Source: Pseudomonas aeruginosa (GTDB lineage: Bacteria; Pseudomonadota; Gammaproteobacteria; Pseudomonadales; Pseudomonadaceae). From it: 32,000 nt of DNA. Below, piece after piece: positions 1-8,179 of the stretch. A program made the position numbers and the translations under genes. The notes under the pieces are model-generated. The model had not been told where the DNA came from, did not search any database, and worked only from the letters and a program-made list of their open reading frames with translations. The stretch is from positions 90,001 through 122,000 of the forward strand of contig NZ_LN831024.1 of NCBI RefSeq assembly GCF_001457615.1. Reading direction: 5' to 3'. Position 1 is the stretch's first letter; each line of letters opens with the position of its first letter.

Positions 1-12
1 TTCTATGTCCAT
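1..12 (-). CDS. ppkA: Possible first four codons (ATG GAC ATA GAA) of ppkA, the Ser/Thr kinase of the T6SS threonine-phosphorylation pathway; runs off the window
   Basis: The ATG at 12..10 lies 7 nt downstream of the pppA stop (22..20) on the same strand. In HSI-I, ppkA follows pppA. Only 12 nt are visible, so the call rests on synteny. Confidence 0.35.
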
Positions 13-19
13 GTCCGTC

Positions 20-748
20 TCAGAAGGCCCTGACCACCAGGGCCGTGATGTTGTCCGGGGCGCCGCGGGTCAGGCCCAGGTGGACCAGGCTGCGGACCAC
101 CGCATAGGGATCGCTGTGGCTGAGCACGTCGCGCAGTTCGCTGTCGTCGGCGGTCTTGTTGAGGCCGTCGCTGCAGAGCAGGAAGCTGTCGCCGGGCAGC
201 ACGTGCAGCGCGGCTTCTGACAGTTCCAGTTGCTCGTGCACGCCGACCGCGCGGGTGACCACGTTGGCGCGCGGATGGTGGCGCGCCTCTTCCTCGCTGA
301 TCAGTGCGTTGTCGAGCAGCTCCTGGACGTAGCTGTGGTCCCGCGAGATGGCTTCCAGCACGCCGCCGCGCAGGCGGTACAGGCGGCTGTCGCCGGCCCA
401 CAGGCAGCTCGCCTGGTTGCCGCGCGCGGCGAGCAGTACCAGGGTGCTGCCCATCACGCTGACGCCACGCAGGCCGGCCTCCTGGCGAACCCGCTCGTTG
501 ACCTGGGCGAGGCCGGTGCGCAACGCGCCGACATAGGCCGGTAGCGAGGAGGCCGCCGGGATGCGCCGCAGGGTATCGACGATCAGGCTGCTGACGAAGT
601 CGCCGGCGGCGTGGCCGCCCATGCCGTCGGCGACCACCCAGAGTCCCGCCTCGGGGGCGTCGAGACTGGCGTCTTCGTTGACCTTGCGGACCATGCCGAC
701 GTGGCTGTAGCTGGCCGACCTGTAGTAGCTGACTGAGTTGGGCACCAT
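20..748 (-). CDS. pppA: PP2C-family Ser/Thr phosphatase PppA (antagonist of PpkA; dephosphorylates Fha1)
   Basis: Complete 242-aa ORF with ATG at 748..746 and TGA at 22..20. PPM/PP2C motifs are visible (VRKVNEDA, VVADGMGGHAAGD, LLCSDGL, NITALVV). It sits directly downstream of tagF1, as in PA0075. Confidence 0.95.
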   Translation of the reverse strand: MVPNSVSYYRSASYSHVGMVRKVNEDASLDAPEAGLWVVADGMGGHAAGDFVSSLIVDTLRRIPAASSLPAYVGALRTGLAQVNERVRQEAGLRGVSVMGSTLVLLAARGNQASCLWAGDSRLYRLRGGVLEAISRDHSYVQELLDNALISEEEARHHPRANVVTRAVGVHEQLELSEAALHVLPGDSFLLCSDGLNKTADDSELRDVLSHSDPYAVVRSLVHLGLTRGAPDNITALVVRAF

Positions 749-757
749 CAGTTGTCC

Positions 758-1438
758 TTAACCGGGTATGCCGGGAAAGAGCGGGATCACCTCGCCCTCT
801 CCGGTGAGGAATCGTCCGAACGCCGGCGCCGGCGGCAGGCCCTGGTAGCGCATCAGGCCGGCGGAGATCCGTGCCGAGCCGCGTCCCCACCAGTGGCTGG
901 CGCCGTCGCAGGCGTGCTGGGCCAGCGCGGCGAGGCGCTGCGCCGGGGTCACCGCTTCGCTGCGCAGCAGGTTGCCGCTGATCAGCGATTGTTCGATGCG
1001 CGGTCCGCAGGGCGGTGCCGGGAGCTGCGCCACCGCCTGCTCGAAGGCCTCGACCTCGGCCTCCGGTTCGAGGGTGGAGAGCAGCAGGCTCTCGACCTGT
1101 TCGAACCAGCCGTCGTCGCCGCCGACCAGCCCGCCGAGGTCGGCGTTCGCCGGTAGCAGGCAGGCGACGGTCAGCGGGAAATAGCGACCGACCCGGTCGA
1201 TGCTCGGCATCACCACTCCGGTCACCGCTTCGCCGCCGAGCAGGCCGGGGGCGATGGCGAAGCGCCACAGCGGGCTGGTCAGGTAGGCGTCGAGCCAGGC
1301 CGCGCCGAGTTCGTCCTGGCTGGCGCGCATGCCGCTGGCCAGCCAGGCGTCCCAGGGTTCGACGAAGGTGTTCGGCAGGCCGCGGCTGACGAAATCGCCG
1401 CGGCCGGCCAGCTTGCCGTAGAAACCGACGCTGTTCAA
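758..1438 (-). CDS. tagF1: TagF1 (DUF2094 family), post-translational repressor of H1-T6SS
   Basis: Only the last 226 codons of track ORF 758..4453 are used. The hallmark TagF N-terminus GFYGKLAGRGDFV starts 4 codons after a TTG at 1438..1436, and no ATG or GTG lies upstream in frame. GGAG sits 5 nt upstream of the TTG. The TTG overlaps the tssM1 TGA (1437..1435) as TTGA. Stop is TAA at 760..758. Confidence 0.88.
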   Translation of the reverse strand: MNSVGFYGKLAGRGDFVSRGLPNTFVEPWDAWLASGMRASQDELGAAWLDAYLTSPLWRFAIAPGLLGGEAVTGVVMPSIDRVGRYFPLTVACLLPANADLGGLVGGDDGWFEQVESLLLSTLEPEAEVEAFEQAVAQLPAPPCGPRIEQSLISGNLLRSEAVTPAQRLAALAQHACDGASHWWGRGSARISAGLMRYQGLPPAPAFGRFLTGEGEVIPLFPGIPG

Positions 1439-4400
1439 AGGCGCTCCGGGAGGCTGAAGCCGGACACGACCCGGCTCTTGAAGGGGTTGAAGGCGCTGCT
1501 GGCGCGCAGCTCGCAGGCGATGCTGGAGCCGTCGATGCGCAGCCGCAGGGTGAAGCGGTCCGGCGAGTTGCCGCGTTCCAGGTCCGACTGGTCGAGCAGG
1601 CGGAACCAGGCCCAGGGGCCTTCCAGGGTCAGGCCGGAACGGCCGCTGCTGGGCGGCGGCGTCACGGTCAGGCGGACCACGCCGAGGCCGTTGGCGCTCG
1701 GCCACTGCATCGCCACCGGGCGGGCGGGGCCGTGGTCGTAGGTCAGCTGCTGGCCGTCGAGGTCGAGGATGAACTGGCTGATCGCCGCGTCCATGGTCAC
1801 CGGCTTGAGTTCGAAGCGCACCGCCGGCTGCATGCCGCCGGAGCGGAAGAAGGCGTCGCGGATCGCCGCTGCGCGCTGGAAGGTGTGCAGCACGCCGGGG
1901 TTGATGCCGAGCTTCTGCGCCGCGCCGGGCTGCCAGCGCCAGGTGCTGGCGGAGGTGTCGACGTAGGGTTGCAGGTACTGGCGGAAGTAGCTGTCCATCA
2001 CCCCACCGGCACCGAAGAAGTGGCCGAAGTCCTCCAGGGTGGCGTCGCGCGAACTGCCGGCGGCGATCGGGTAGCGCCCGGCCAGGGACTGCCGGTAGAC
2101 GCTGACCACGTCGCTGATCCAGGCCGCGTTGAGCTGGTTGCGCACGCTGCCCATCATGCTGCTGGTAGTGGAGTTGACCACGTTCTTCACCAGGCCCTGG
2201 ACCACCGGCGGCTGGCGCTCGGCGCTGAGGGCCACGCGCGAGGCGGCGGCGGCCACCTGGTTCTTGGCGTCGCCGAGCAGCGAGTCGCCGCTGGCTCCGG
2301 CCATGGCGCTGACCTGCACGTAGAGCGCGTTCATGTCCTCCAGCAGGCTGTCGATCGGCGCCGGCTCGTTGCCGCCCTCGCCCTTGCTGACCAGGCTGTT
2401 GAGTTCGGCGAAGTGGGCGCTGATCGGGTCGCTGTCGGCCTGCTGCGGCTGTTCGCGGGCGCCCTCCTCCTCCTCCTGGCCGACCAGCGAGCCGAGGCGC
2501 TGCTTGAGCTTGTCCACGGTGCCGTCGGCGGCCTTCTTCACTTGCGCGGCGACCAGCCGGTCGCCCTTCTGCAGGTCGGTCTCGCGGGCCACTGCCTCGA
2601 GCAGCTTGCGGAACGGCGAGGTCGGTCCGGAGAGAATGCGCAGCACGTCGGCGGCCTGGGTGACATTGGTGATCGGCACCACGGTGAGGTCGGCGAGCAG
2701 GTCGTCCCACTGCCGCAGGTAGTCCTGGAAATACAGGCGACGCACGTCGAGGGCCAGGTTGGCGGCGTCGCCGGCATCGTTCAGGTCGCGCCCGAGCACC
2801 CACTGTTCCTCGGCGATGGTGCCGGCCTGGCTGAGGCTGGCGGTGAGGAACACCTCGCGATAGCCGCGGTAGGTGAAGAAGCCGCTGAGCGGGTCGGTGA
2901 GCGGCTTGCCGCTCTTGCGCGCGAACACCAGCGGCGCGTCGCGGCCGGCGGCGTCGCTGATGCGGAAGTCGGGCACGTCCTTGGGCAGCCTCTGCCGCTT
3001 GACCCGGTCGTAGACCCGCTGCGCCACCGGCAGTTGCTGCAACTGGCGGCGCAGGTCCTCGACCAGGTCCTGGTCCAGGCGCGCCGACGGCGGCCGTCGT
3101 TCGAGCAACGCGTCGAGGTGCGCGTGCAGCGCCTGGCGCTGTTCCGGCGAGAGGTCGCGCGGCAGGTTGCGTTCCCAGTCGAGGCTGATCCAGGCCTTGA
3201 TGAAGTCGGCGTCGTAATGGTCCGGGCTGCCGAGCATCAGGTAGGCCTTCAGGCCCTCGTAGAGGAAATCGCTGCTGCCGCCGGAGCGCAACTGTTCCTC
3301 GATGCGGGTCACCAGGCGCGGGGCGAACACCGCGATCAGCAGCTTGCGGTAGACGCTGGCGGACTCCTCGCCGAGCATGTCGCCCTGGTACAGCCCGTAG
3401 CCTTCGGCCCAGCTCGGCGCGTCGCCGGCGAGATTCTGCACCGCGTTGAGCTGTGGCAGTACGGCCAGGACGTCGCGCTGGGCCGGGCTCAGCGACTCGA
3501 TGCCGCGCGCCAGCGGGTCGACGCGCTGGTCGACCGCGGCGATGTAGCTCTGGTTGGCGCGGTAGCTGGCGATCCATACCGCCGTCACCGCCAGCACCAC
3601 CAGCGCGGTGGCGCTCAGCGCGCCGATGGTCAGCCACTTGCGGCGGCGCTCGACCTTCGGGTTGGTGCCGACCAGGCCGCGTTCGCCGAATGCCACTTCG
3701 CGGAACAGCCGCTCGATGAAGTAGCTGCGCCCGGTTCCGGTCTGCCGCGCCAGGTGCTGGCGGTCGAGGTTCATCGACTGCGCCATGCTGCCGATCAGGC
3801 GGTCGATCGGACTGCCTTCCTGGGTTCCGCTGGTGAAATACAGGCCGCGCAACAGCGGGCGTTCCTCGTAGGGGTTGGGCTTGAACACGCCGTTGAGGAA
3901 CTCGCCGAGGCATTCGCGCAGGGCGGCGAATTGCTGCGGGAAGCCGTAGACCAGGTCGCGCCGCGCCGGGTCGCGCTCCTGCTGCAGGCGTTCCACCAGG
4001 CGCGCGGTGAGACGCTGTTCGAGCAGGGCGAATTCGCTGTCGAACACCGCCAGCGGGCCTTCCGCGCTCTTGCCGTCGTCGAGGGCGAAGGTCATCCCCC
4101 AGACCTGCGCGCGTTCCTCGCGGTTCAGGCTGTCGAAGAACTCCATGAAGCCCGGCACCAGGTCGAACTTGGTCAGCATCACGTAGATCGGGAAGCGCAC
4201 CCCGAGCTGCTGGTACAGCTCCTGGATGCGTGCGCGGATCGCCTGGGCATGGGCGGCGCGCTCGGCGTCGCTGCCCAGCAGCAGGTCGGAAAGGCTGATG
4301 GCGATGAACGCGCCATCGATGGGGCGGCGCTTGCGCTGGGTCTTGAGCAGGTCGAGGAAGCCCAGCCAGGCGGCCTTGTCCACCTGGGCGTGGCTGTCCT

Positions 4401-4968
4401 GGGTGGTATAGCGGCCGGCGGTGTCCAGCAGCACCGCTTCGTCGGTGAACCACCAGTCGCAGTTGCGCGTGCCGCCGACCCCGCGGATCGCCCCGGCGCC
4501 CATCTGTGCGGCGAGCGGGAAGTCGAGGCCGGAATTCATCAGCGCGGTGGTCTTGCCCGAACCGGGCGGGCCGATGATCACGTACCAGGGCAACTCGTAC
4601 AGGTTGCGCCGCTCGCTGCCGCCCAGCTTGGCCCGCTTGAGCAGGGCCAGGGCCTCGTCCATGCGTTGCTTGAGGGTCGCCAGCTCTTCGGCGGTGGCGA
4701 CGCTGGCGGCGTCCGGCGCGCTGACCTCGGCGAGACTCTGCATGACCTTCGCCGCGTTGCGCCGGGCCTGCACGATGCGCAGCACGCGGAAGCCGATCCA
4801 GACCAGGAACAGCAGGACGATCAGCACCCAGCGGCTGGTCGCCGAGGCCAACGGTTCGTAGTTGCCCAGGCGCAGCAGCGGGCCGAGGAACCAGATGATC
4901 AGGCTCAGGGCGAGCAGGCCGAGCACCGGCACCACCCAGCGCGCGAAGAAGTTGAGGAAGCCTTTCAT
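1435..4968 (-). CDS. tssM1: TssM1 / IcmF1, inner-membrane core of the T6SS membrane complex
   Basis: 1177-aa ORF with N-terminal hydrophobic helices (VVPVLGLLALSLIIWFLGPLL, WVLIVLLFLVWIGF) and a third TM (LTIGALSATALVVLAVTAVWIASY). Walker A GPPGSGKT is present, followed by a long periplasmic IcmF-type C-terminal region. The start ATG overlaps the tssL1 stop (ATGA at 4965..4968). Confidence 0.95.
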   Translation of the reverse strand: MKGFLNFFARWVVPVLGLLALSLIIWFLGPLLRLGNYEPLASATSRWVLIVLLFLVWIGFRVLRIVQARRNAAKVMQSLAEVSAPDAASVATAEELATLKQRMDEALALLKRAKLGGSERRNLYELPWYVIIGPPGSGKTTALMNSGLDFPLAAQMGAGAIRGVGGTRNCDWWFTDEAVLLDTAGRYTTQDSHAQVDKAAWLGFLDLLKTQRKRRPIDGAFIAISLSDLLLGSDAERAAHAQAIRARIQELYQQLGVRFPIYVMLTKFDLVPGFMEFFDSLNREERAQVWGMTFALDDGKSAEGPLAVFDSEFALLEQRLTARLVERLQQERDPARRDLVYGFPQQFAALRECLGEFLNGVFKPNPYEERPLLRGLYFTSGTQEGSPIDRLIGSMAQSMNLDRQHLARQTGTGRSYFIERLFREVAFGERGLVGTNPKVERRRKWLTIGALSATALVVLAVTAVWIASYRANQSYIAAVDQRVDPLARGIESLSPAQRDVLAVLPQLNAVQNLAGDAPSWAEGYGLYQGDMLGEESASVYRKLLIAVFAPRLVTRIEEQLRSGGSSDFLYEGLKAYLMLGSPDHYDADFIKAWISLDWERNLPRDLSPEQRQALHAHLDALLERRPPSARLDQDLVEDLRRQLQQLPVAQRVYDRVKRQRLPKDVPDFRISDAAGRDAPLVFARKSGKPLTDPLSGFFTYRGYREVFLTASLSQAGTIAEEQWVLGRDLNDAGDAANLALDVRRLYFQDYLRQWDDLLADLTVVPITNVTQAADVLRILSGPTSPFRKLLEAVARETDLQKGDRLVAAQVKKAADGTVDKLKQRLGSLVGQEEEEGAREQPQQADSDPISAHFAELNSLVSKGEGGNEPAPIDSLLEDMNALYVQVSAMAGASGDSLLGDAKNQVAAAASRVALSAERQPPVVQGLVKNVVNSTTSSMMGSVRNQLNAAWISDVVSVYRQSLAGRYPIAAGSSRDATLEDFGHFFGAGGVMDSYFRQYLQPYVDTSASTWRWQPGAAQKLGINPGVLHTFQRAAAIRDAFFRSGGMQPAVRFELKPVTMDAAISQFILDLDGQQLTYDHGPARPVAMQWPSANGLGVVRLTVTPPPSSGRSGLTLEGPWAWFRLLDQSDLERGNSPDRFTLRLRIDGSSIACELRASSAFNPFKSRVVSGFSLPERL

Positions 4969-6314
4969 TGCGCGCCCTCCGCGAATACGGTGATTTCCAC
5001 CCGGCGGTTGCGTGCGCGGCCTTCGGCGCTGGCGTTGCTCGCCACCGGCTCGGTGTCGCTGCGCCCTTCGGCGGTGAAGCGGCCGGCGTCGCCGGTGGTC
5101 GCGCCGAGCAGGTCGGCGACCTCCTGGGCGCGGGCCTGGGACAGTTTCCAGTTGGACGGGTAGCGCAGCGTGGCGATCGGCCGGTTGTCGCTATGGCCGG
5201 TGACCAGCACCTGGCCCTTGACCTTGCGCAGGGCGTCGGCGATGCGCAGCAGCAGCGGCTGGAACTCGTCGCGCACGCTGGCGCTGGCGCTGGCGAACAG
5301 CTCGTCGCCGCGGATGGTCACCACCGAGCGGTCGACGGCGTCCTCCACCGCCACTCGCTGGGCCTTGATGTCGTCGGCGAGGAAGCGCGCCAGGCGTGGC
5401 CGCTCGATCACCCGCGGCTGCACCGCCGGGCGGTCGATGGCCTGCACCGGGATCTCGCCGATGGCGTGGATGCGCTTGAACACCGGCTCGGCGTCGGCGG
5501 CCAGCTTCATCCGCAGGCCGAACAGCAAGGCCAGCAGCAAGGCCAGGCCGATGGCGATACCGACCCACGGCGGCAGGTATTGCGAAAGGCGGTCGCGCAT
5601 CACGCTGAGGCCGCGCCAGTGCGGCGACAGTTCGTGCTCGTACTCGCCGCGGGTGCTGCGGATCACCGCCGCGGTGCGCTCGCGCAGCGCCTCCAGTTGG
5701 CTGCGGCCGTCGTGCATGACCCGGTAGCGGCCTTCGAAGCCGAGGCTGGTGCACAGGTACAGCAGCTCCAGCAGGTGCAGGCGCTGGTGCGGGTTCTGCA
5801 GGCAGTGTTCGAGCAACTGGAAGACCTTCTCGCCGCCCCAGGCCTCGTTGTGCAGGGTGATCAGCAGGCTCTGCTTGCCCCAGTCGCTGGTGCTGCCCCA
5901 CGGCGTGCTGAGCACCGCTTCGTCGAGGGCGGTGCAGAGCACGTAGCGCGCCAGCATCACTTCGTCCGGCGCTACGCCGGCCTGGCGTGCCTTCTCCTCG
6001 AACTGGCGCAGGTAGCCGAGCAGTTGCGCGCGCAGGCTGGCCGGCGCCGGATGGGCGATGGTGTTGCGCAGGCGGGTGAGCATCGCCAGCAGTGGGCCGG
6101 CGGCCTGCTCCAGCGGGTTGAGGCCGTCGCCGCGGCCGCTCAGCGGCGCCAGGCTGGCCATCGGCGGCGGCGTGTAGGGATCGCCGCCGCGAGGACCGCC
6201 GGCCGGTTCCGGGGCGCGGCCGCCGGGACGCGGCATGATCATGGTGCGGTCGTCGGGCGGGCTTCCGTTGCCGCCGCCGGCCGGGGTGCCGAAGGGATCG
6301 TCGATGGGAGGCAT
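4965..6314 (-). CDS. tssL1: TssL1 / DotU1 with C-terminal OmpA-like peptidoglycan-binding domain
   Basis: 449-aa ORF with ATG at 6314..6312 and GAGGA about 10 nt upstream. It has a Pro/Gly-rich N-terminal stretch, a DotU-like core and one TM (WVGIAIGLALLLALLFGL). The C-terminus carries OmpA-type motifs (GHSDN, ARNRRVEITVF). Confidence 0.94.
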   Translation of the reverse strand: MPPIDDPFGTPAGGGNGSPPDDRTMIMPRPGGRAPEPAGGPRGGDPYTPPPMASLAPLSGRGDGLNPLEQAAGPLLAMLTRLRNTIAHPAPASLRAQLLGYLRQFEEKARQAGVAPDEVMLARYVLCTALDEAVLSTPWGSTSDWGKQSLLITLHNEAWGGEKVFQLLEHCLQNPHQRLHLLELLYLCTSLGFEGRYRVMHDGRSQLEALRERTAAVIRSTRGEYEHELSPHWRGLSVMRDRLSQYLPPWVGIAIGLALLLALLFGLRMKLAADAEPVFKRIHAIGEIPVQAIDRPAVQPRVIERPRLARFLADDIKAQRVAVEDAVDRSVVTIRGDELFASASASVRDEFQPLLLRIADALRKVKGQVLVTGHSDNRPIATLRYPSNWKLSQARAQEVADLLGATTGDAGRFTAEGRSDTEPVASNASAEGRARNRRVEITVFAEGAQ

Positions 6315-6320
6315 CGTTGC

Positions 6321-7655
6321 TTATCCTCGAATGGCCCAGAAGGCCAGGTTCAGCCCGGGGAACTGGCCGGCGATGTGGAAGGCGAAGCCGCCGGAGTGCG
6401 TCAGCTGCTTCCAATGCGCGCTGCCGCGGTCCAGTTCGAAATAGGTGGAGCCGGCGTGGTAGGGGATCTGCCGCGGCGCCACCGGCATCGGCAGCAGGCC
6501 GATACCCGGCAGTTGCAGGTTGACCAGGTCGCGGATGTGCTCCACCGAGCCGACCTTGGCCTGCTGCGGGAAGTGCCCGCGCAGGCTCTCGCCGGGGACG
6601 TCGGCGCGCACCACCAGGACGAAGCTGGCGTTGTCGATCAGGCTGCGGTCGCTGAGCATCGCGACGTGCACGCCGTAGGCCTTCTCGACGATCGGGATGG
6701 CGATCGCCTTGGCGTCGATCACCGTCGCCAGCGCCTGGCGCAGGGCGAGCATCACCGGGGCGAAGCTGGCGGCCAGGTCGTCGTGGTTGTACACCGGGTA
6801 CTCCTCGGGACGCCGCTGGCTGGCGGTGAAGGTACAGAACTCGCCGGCCAGGGCCACCAGTTCGCGGTACAGCTCCTGCGGGTGCAGCGGGCGCACGCGG
6901 GACAGGTGACCGGTGAGGGCCTCGGCGCGGTTGACCAGTTGCAGCAGCAGGAAGTCGGCGATTTCCGAGGCGCCCCCGGCGCTGGATGCCACCACCCGCC
7001 CGGCGAGGGCTTCGCCGCGCTGGTGGAGCAGGCCCAGCAGCTCCTTGGCGAAGGACGCCAGGGGCGGCGCGGCGGCAATGTCGAGCACCGGCGGCAGGTA
7101 GTCCTCGTCCAGGCTCAGGGCCTGGTCCGCGCGCTTCTCGCGGACCCGCGCGACGCCCACCGCGGCGTATTCGCCGAGGCCGTCGCGCTCGGTCAGCAGG
7201 CGGAACGCCTGGCTGCCCAGGGCCACCGGGGCGCGGCTCTCGAAGGCGGCATTGTCGTCGCGCACTTCCTGCACCTGGCTGACGTAGCGGGCGCCGCCGA
7301 GGGCCTCGCCCTCCTCTACCGTGTCGCGGGTGCCGACCCGCTTCAGCGGCAGGCCGAGGTAGACGATGCCATCGCGCAGGCTTTCCTCGACATTCAGCGG
7401 CGCCGGCGCCGGATCGTCGGCGGGGATGTTGAACGGCGTACCATCCGGCAGCACGCCGCGGGCGCTGACGATGGCCAGCTTGCCCTGGGTCAGCAGGGCA
7501 TCGTCCAGCTTCAGCTCGGAAAAGCCCCAGCCGCCCGCCAGGAGCGAGCGGCAGCGGCCATCCACCAGGGTTTCCAGGTAGCGGTCGTGCTGCTGGAAAT
7601 GCTGTGGCCGCAGGAACATGCCTTCGGACCACACCACGCGGTTATTCCAGGACAT
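6321..7655 (-). CDS. tssK1: TssK1, baseplate protein
   Basis: 444-aa ORF starting MSWNNRVVWSEGMFLRPQHFQQHDRY, the typical TssK N-terminus. GGAG lies 6 nt upstream of the ATG at 7655..7653. It sits between tssJ1 and tssL1. Confidence 0.95.
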   Translation of the reverse strand: MSWNNRVVWSEGMFLRPQHFQQHDRYLETLVDGRCRSLLAGGWGFSELKLDDALLTQGKLAIVSARGVLPDGTPFNIPADDPAPAPLNVEESLRDGIVYLGLPLKRVGTRDTVEEGEALGGARYVSQVQEVRDDNAAFESRAPVALGSQAFRLLTERDGLGEYAAVGVARVREKRADQALSLDEDYLPPVLDIAAAPPLASFAKELLGLLHQRGEALAGRVVASSAGGASEIADFLLLQLVNRAEALTGHLSRVRPLHPQELYRELVALAGEFCTFTASQRRPEEYPVYNHDDLAASFAPVMLALRQALATVIDAKAIAIPIVEKAYGVHVAMLSDRSLIDNASFVLVVRADVPGESLRGHFPQQAKVGSVEHIRDLVNLQLPGIGLLPMPVAPRQIPYHAGSTYFELDRGSAHWKQLTHSGGFAFHIAGQFPGLNLAFWAIRG

Positions 7656-7670
7656 AGGGACTCCGAAGGT

Positions 7671-8135
7671 TCAGGGCGCGGGACGCGCGACGATGCCGAT
7701 GGCCTGCGCGCCGAGCGTGATGTCGAGATGGCTGGTGCGTTGCCCCGGCACGTCGAGGACCTGGCGCCAGGTGGCGCGGTCGAGGTCGCGGTAGGCGGCG
7801 ACGAAACCGAGCTGGCGGGTCTGCTCGTCGAGCGTGCGTTCGATGCGCCGTTCCTCGCCCGGACGCAGGAGGAACTCGTCCTGCTCCACCAGGTCGCCAC
7901 CGAGGGTCGACTGGGCGTTGTCGGTGAGGGCGAAGTAGTCGGCGCGGCCGAACGCGGTGTCTTTCTTCAGCTCGTACAGCCGCAGGCGCAGCGGCGCCGC
8001 CTGGCCGGCGGCGGACGGGTTGAGGTTCGGTGCGGCGTGGAGCCAGATCACCACCCGGGTCGGCGGGGTTTCCGGCGGGCTGGACGAACAGGCGGCGAGC
8101 AGCAGCCCGAACAGCGCGACGATCAGTTTCTGCAT
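7671..8135 (-). CDS. tssJ1: TssJ1, outer-membrane lipoprotein of the membrane complex
   Basis: 154-aa ORF with a signal peptide and lipobox (MQKLIVALFGLLLAAC-SSS). GAGGA lies 8 nt upstream of the ATG at 8135..8133. Confidence 0.94.
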   Translation of the reverse strand: MQKLIVALFGLLLAACSSSPPETPPTRVVIWLHAAPNLNPSAAGQAAPLRLRLYELKKDTAFGRADYFALTDNAQSTLGGDLVEQDEFLLRPGEERRIERTLDEQTRQLGFVAAYRDLDRATWRQVLDVPGQRTSHLDITLGAQAIGIVARPAP

Positions 8136-8179
8136 GGTGTCGTCCTCATTGACGTTGTTTCTCCTGGTGTTCGTTGGCG

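Noticed and set aside
758-4453. 1231-aa minus-strand ORF
   Set aside because: Only its last 226 codons (tagF1) are real. Upstream of 1438 it is simply an open alternative frame across tssM1, with an Arg/Pro/Gly-rich nonsense composition.
1732-5163. 1143-aa plus-strand ORF
   Set aside because: It is antisense to tssM1. It has the Arg/Ala/Gly/Val-rich low-information composition typical of antisense frames in high-GC DNA. There is no SD and no recognisable motifs. The opposite strand encodes a clearly conserved protein.
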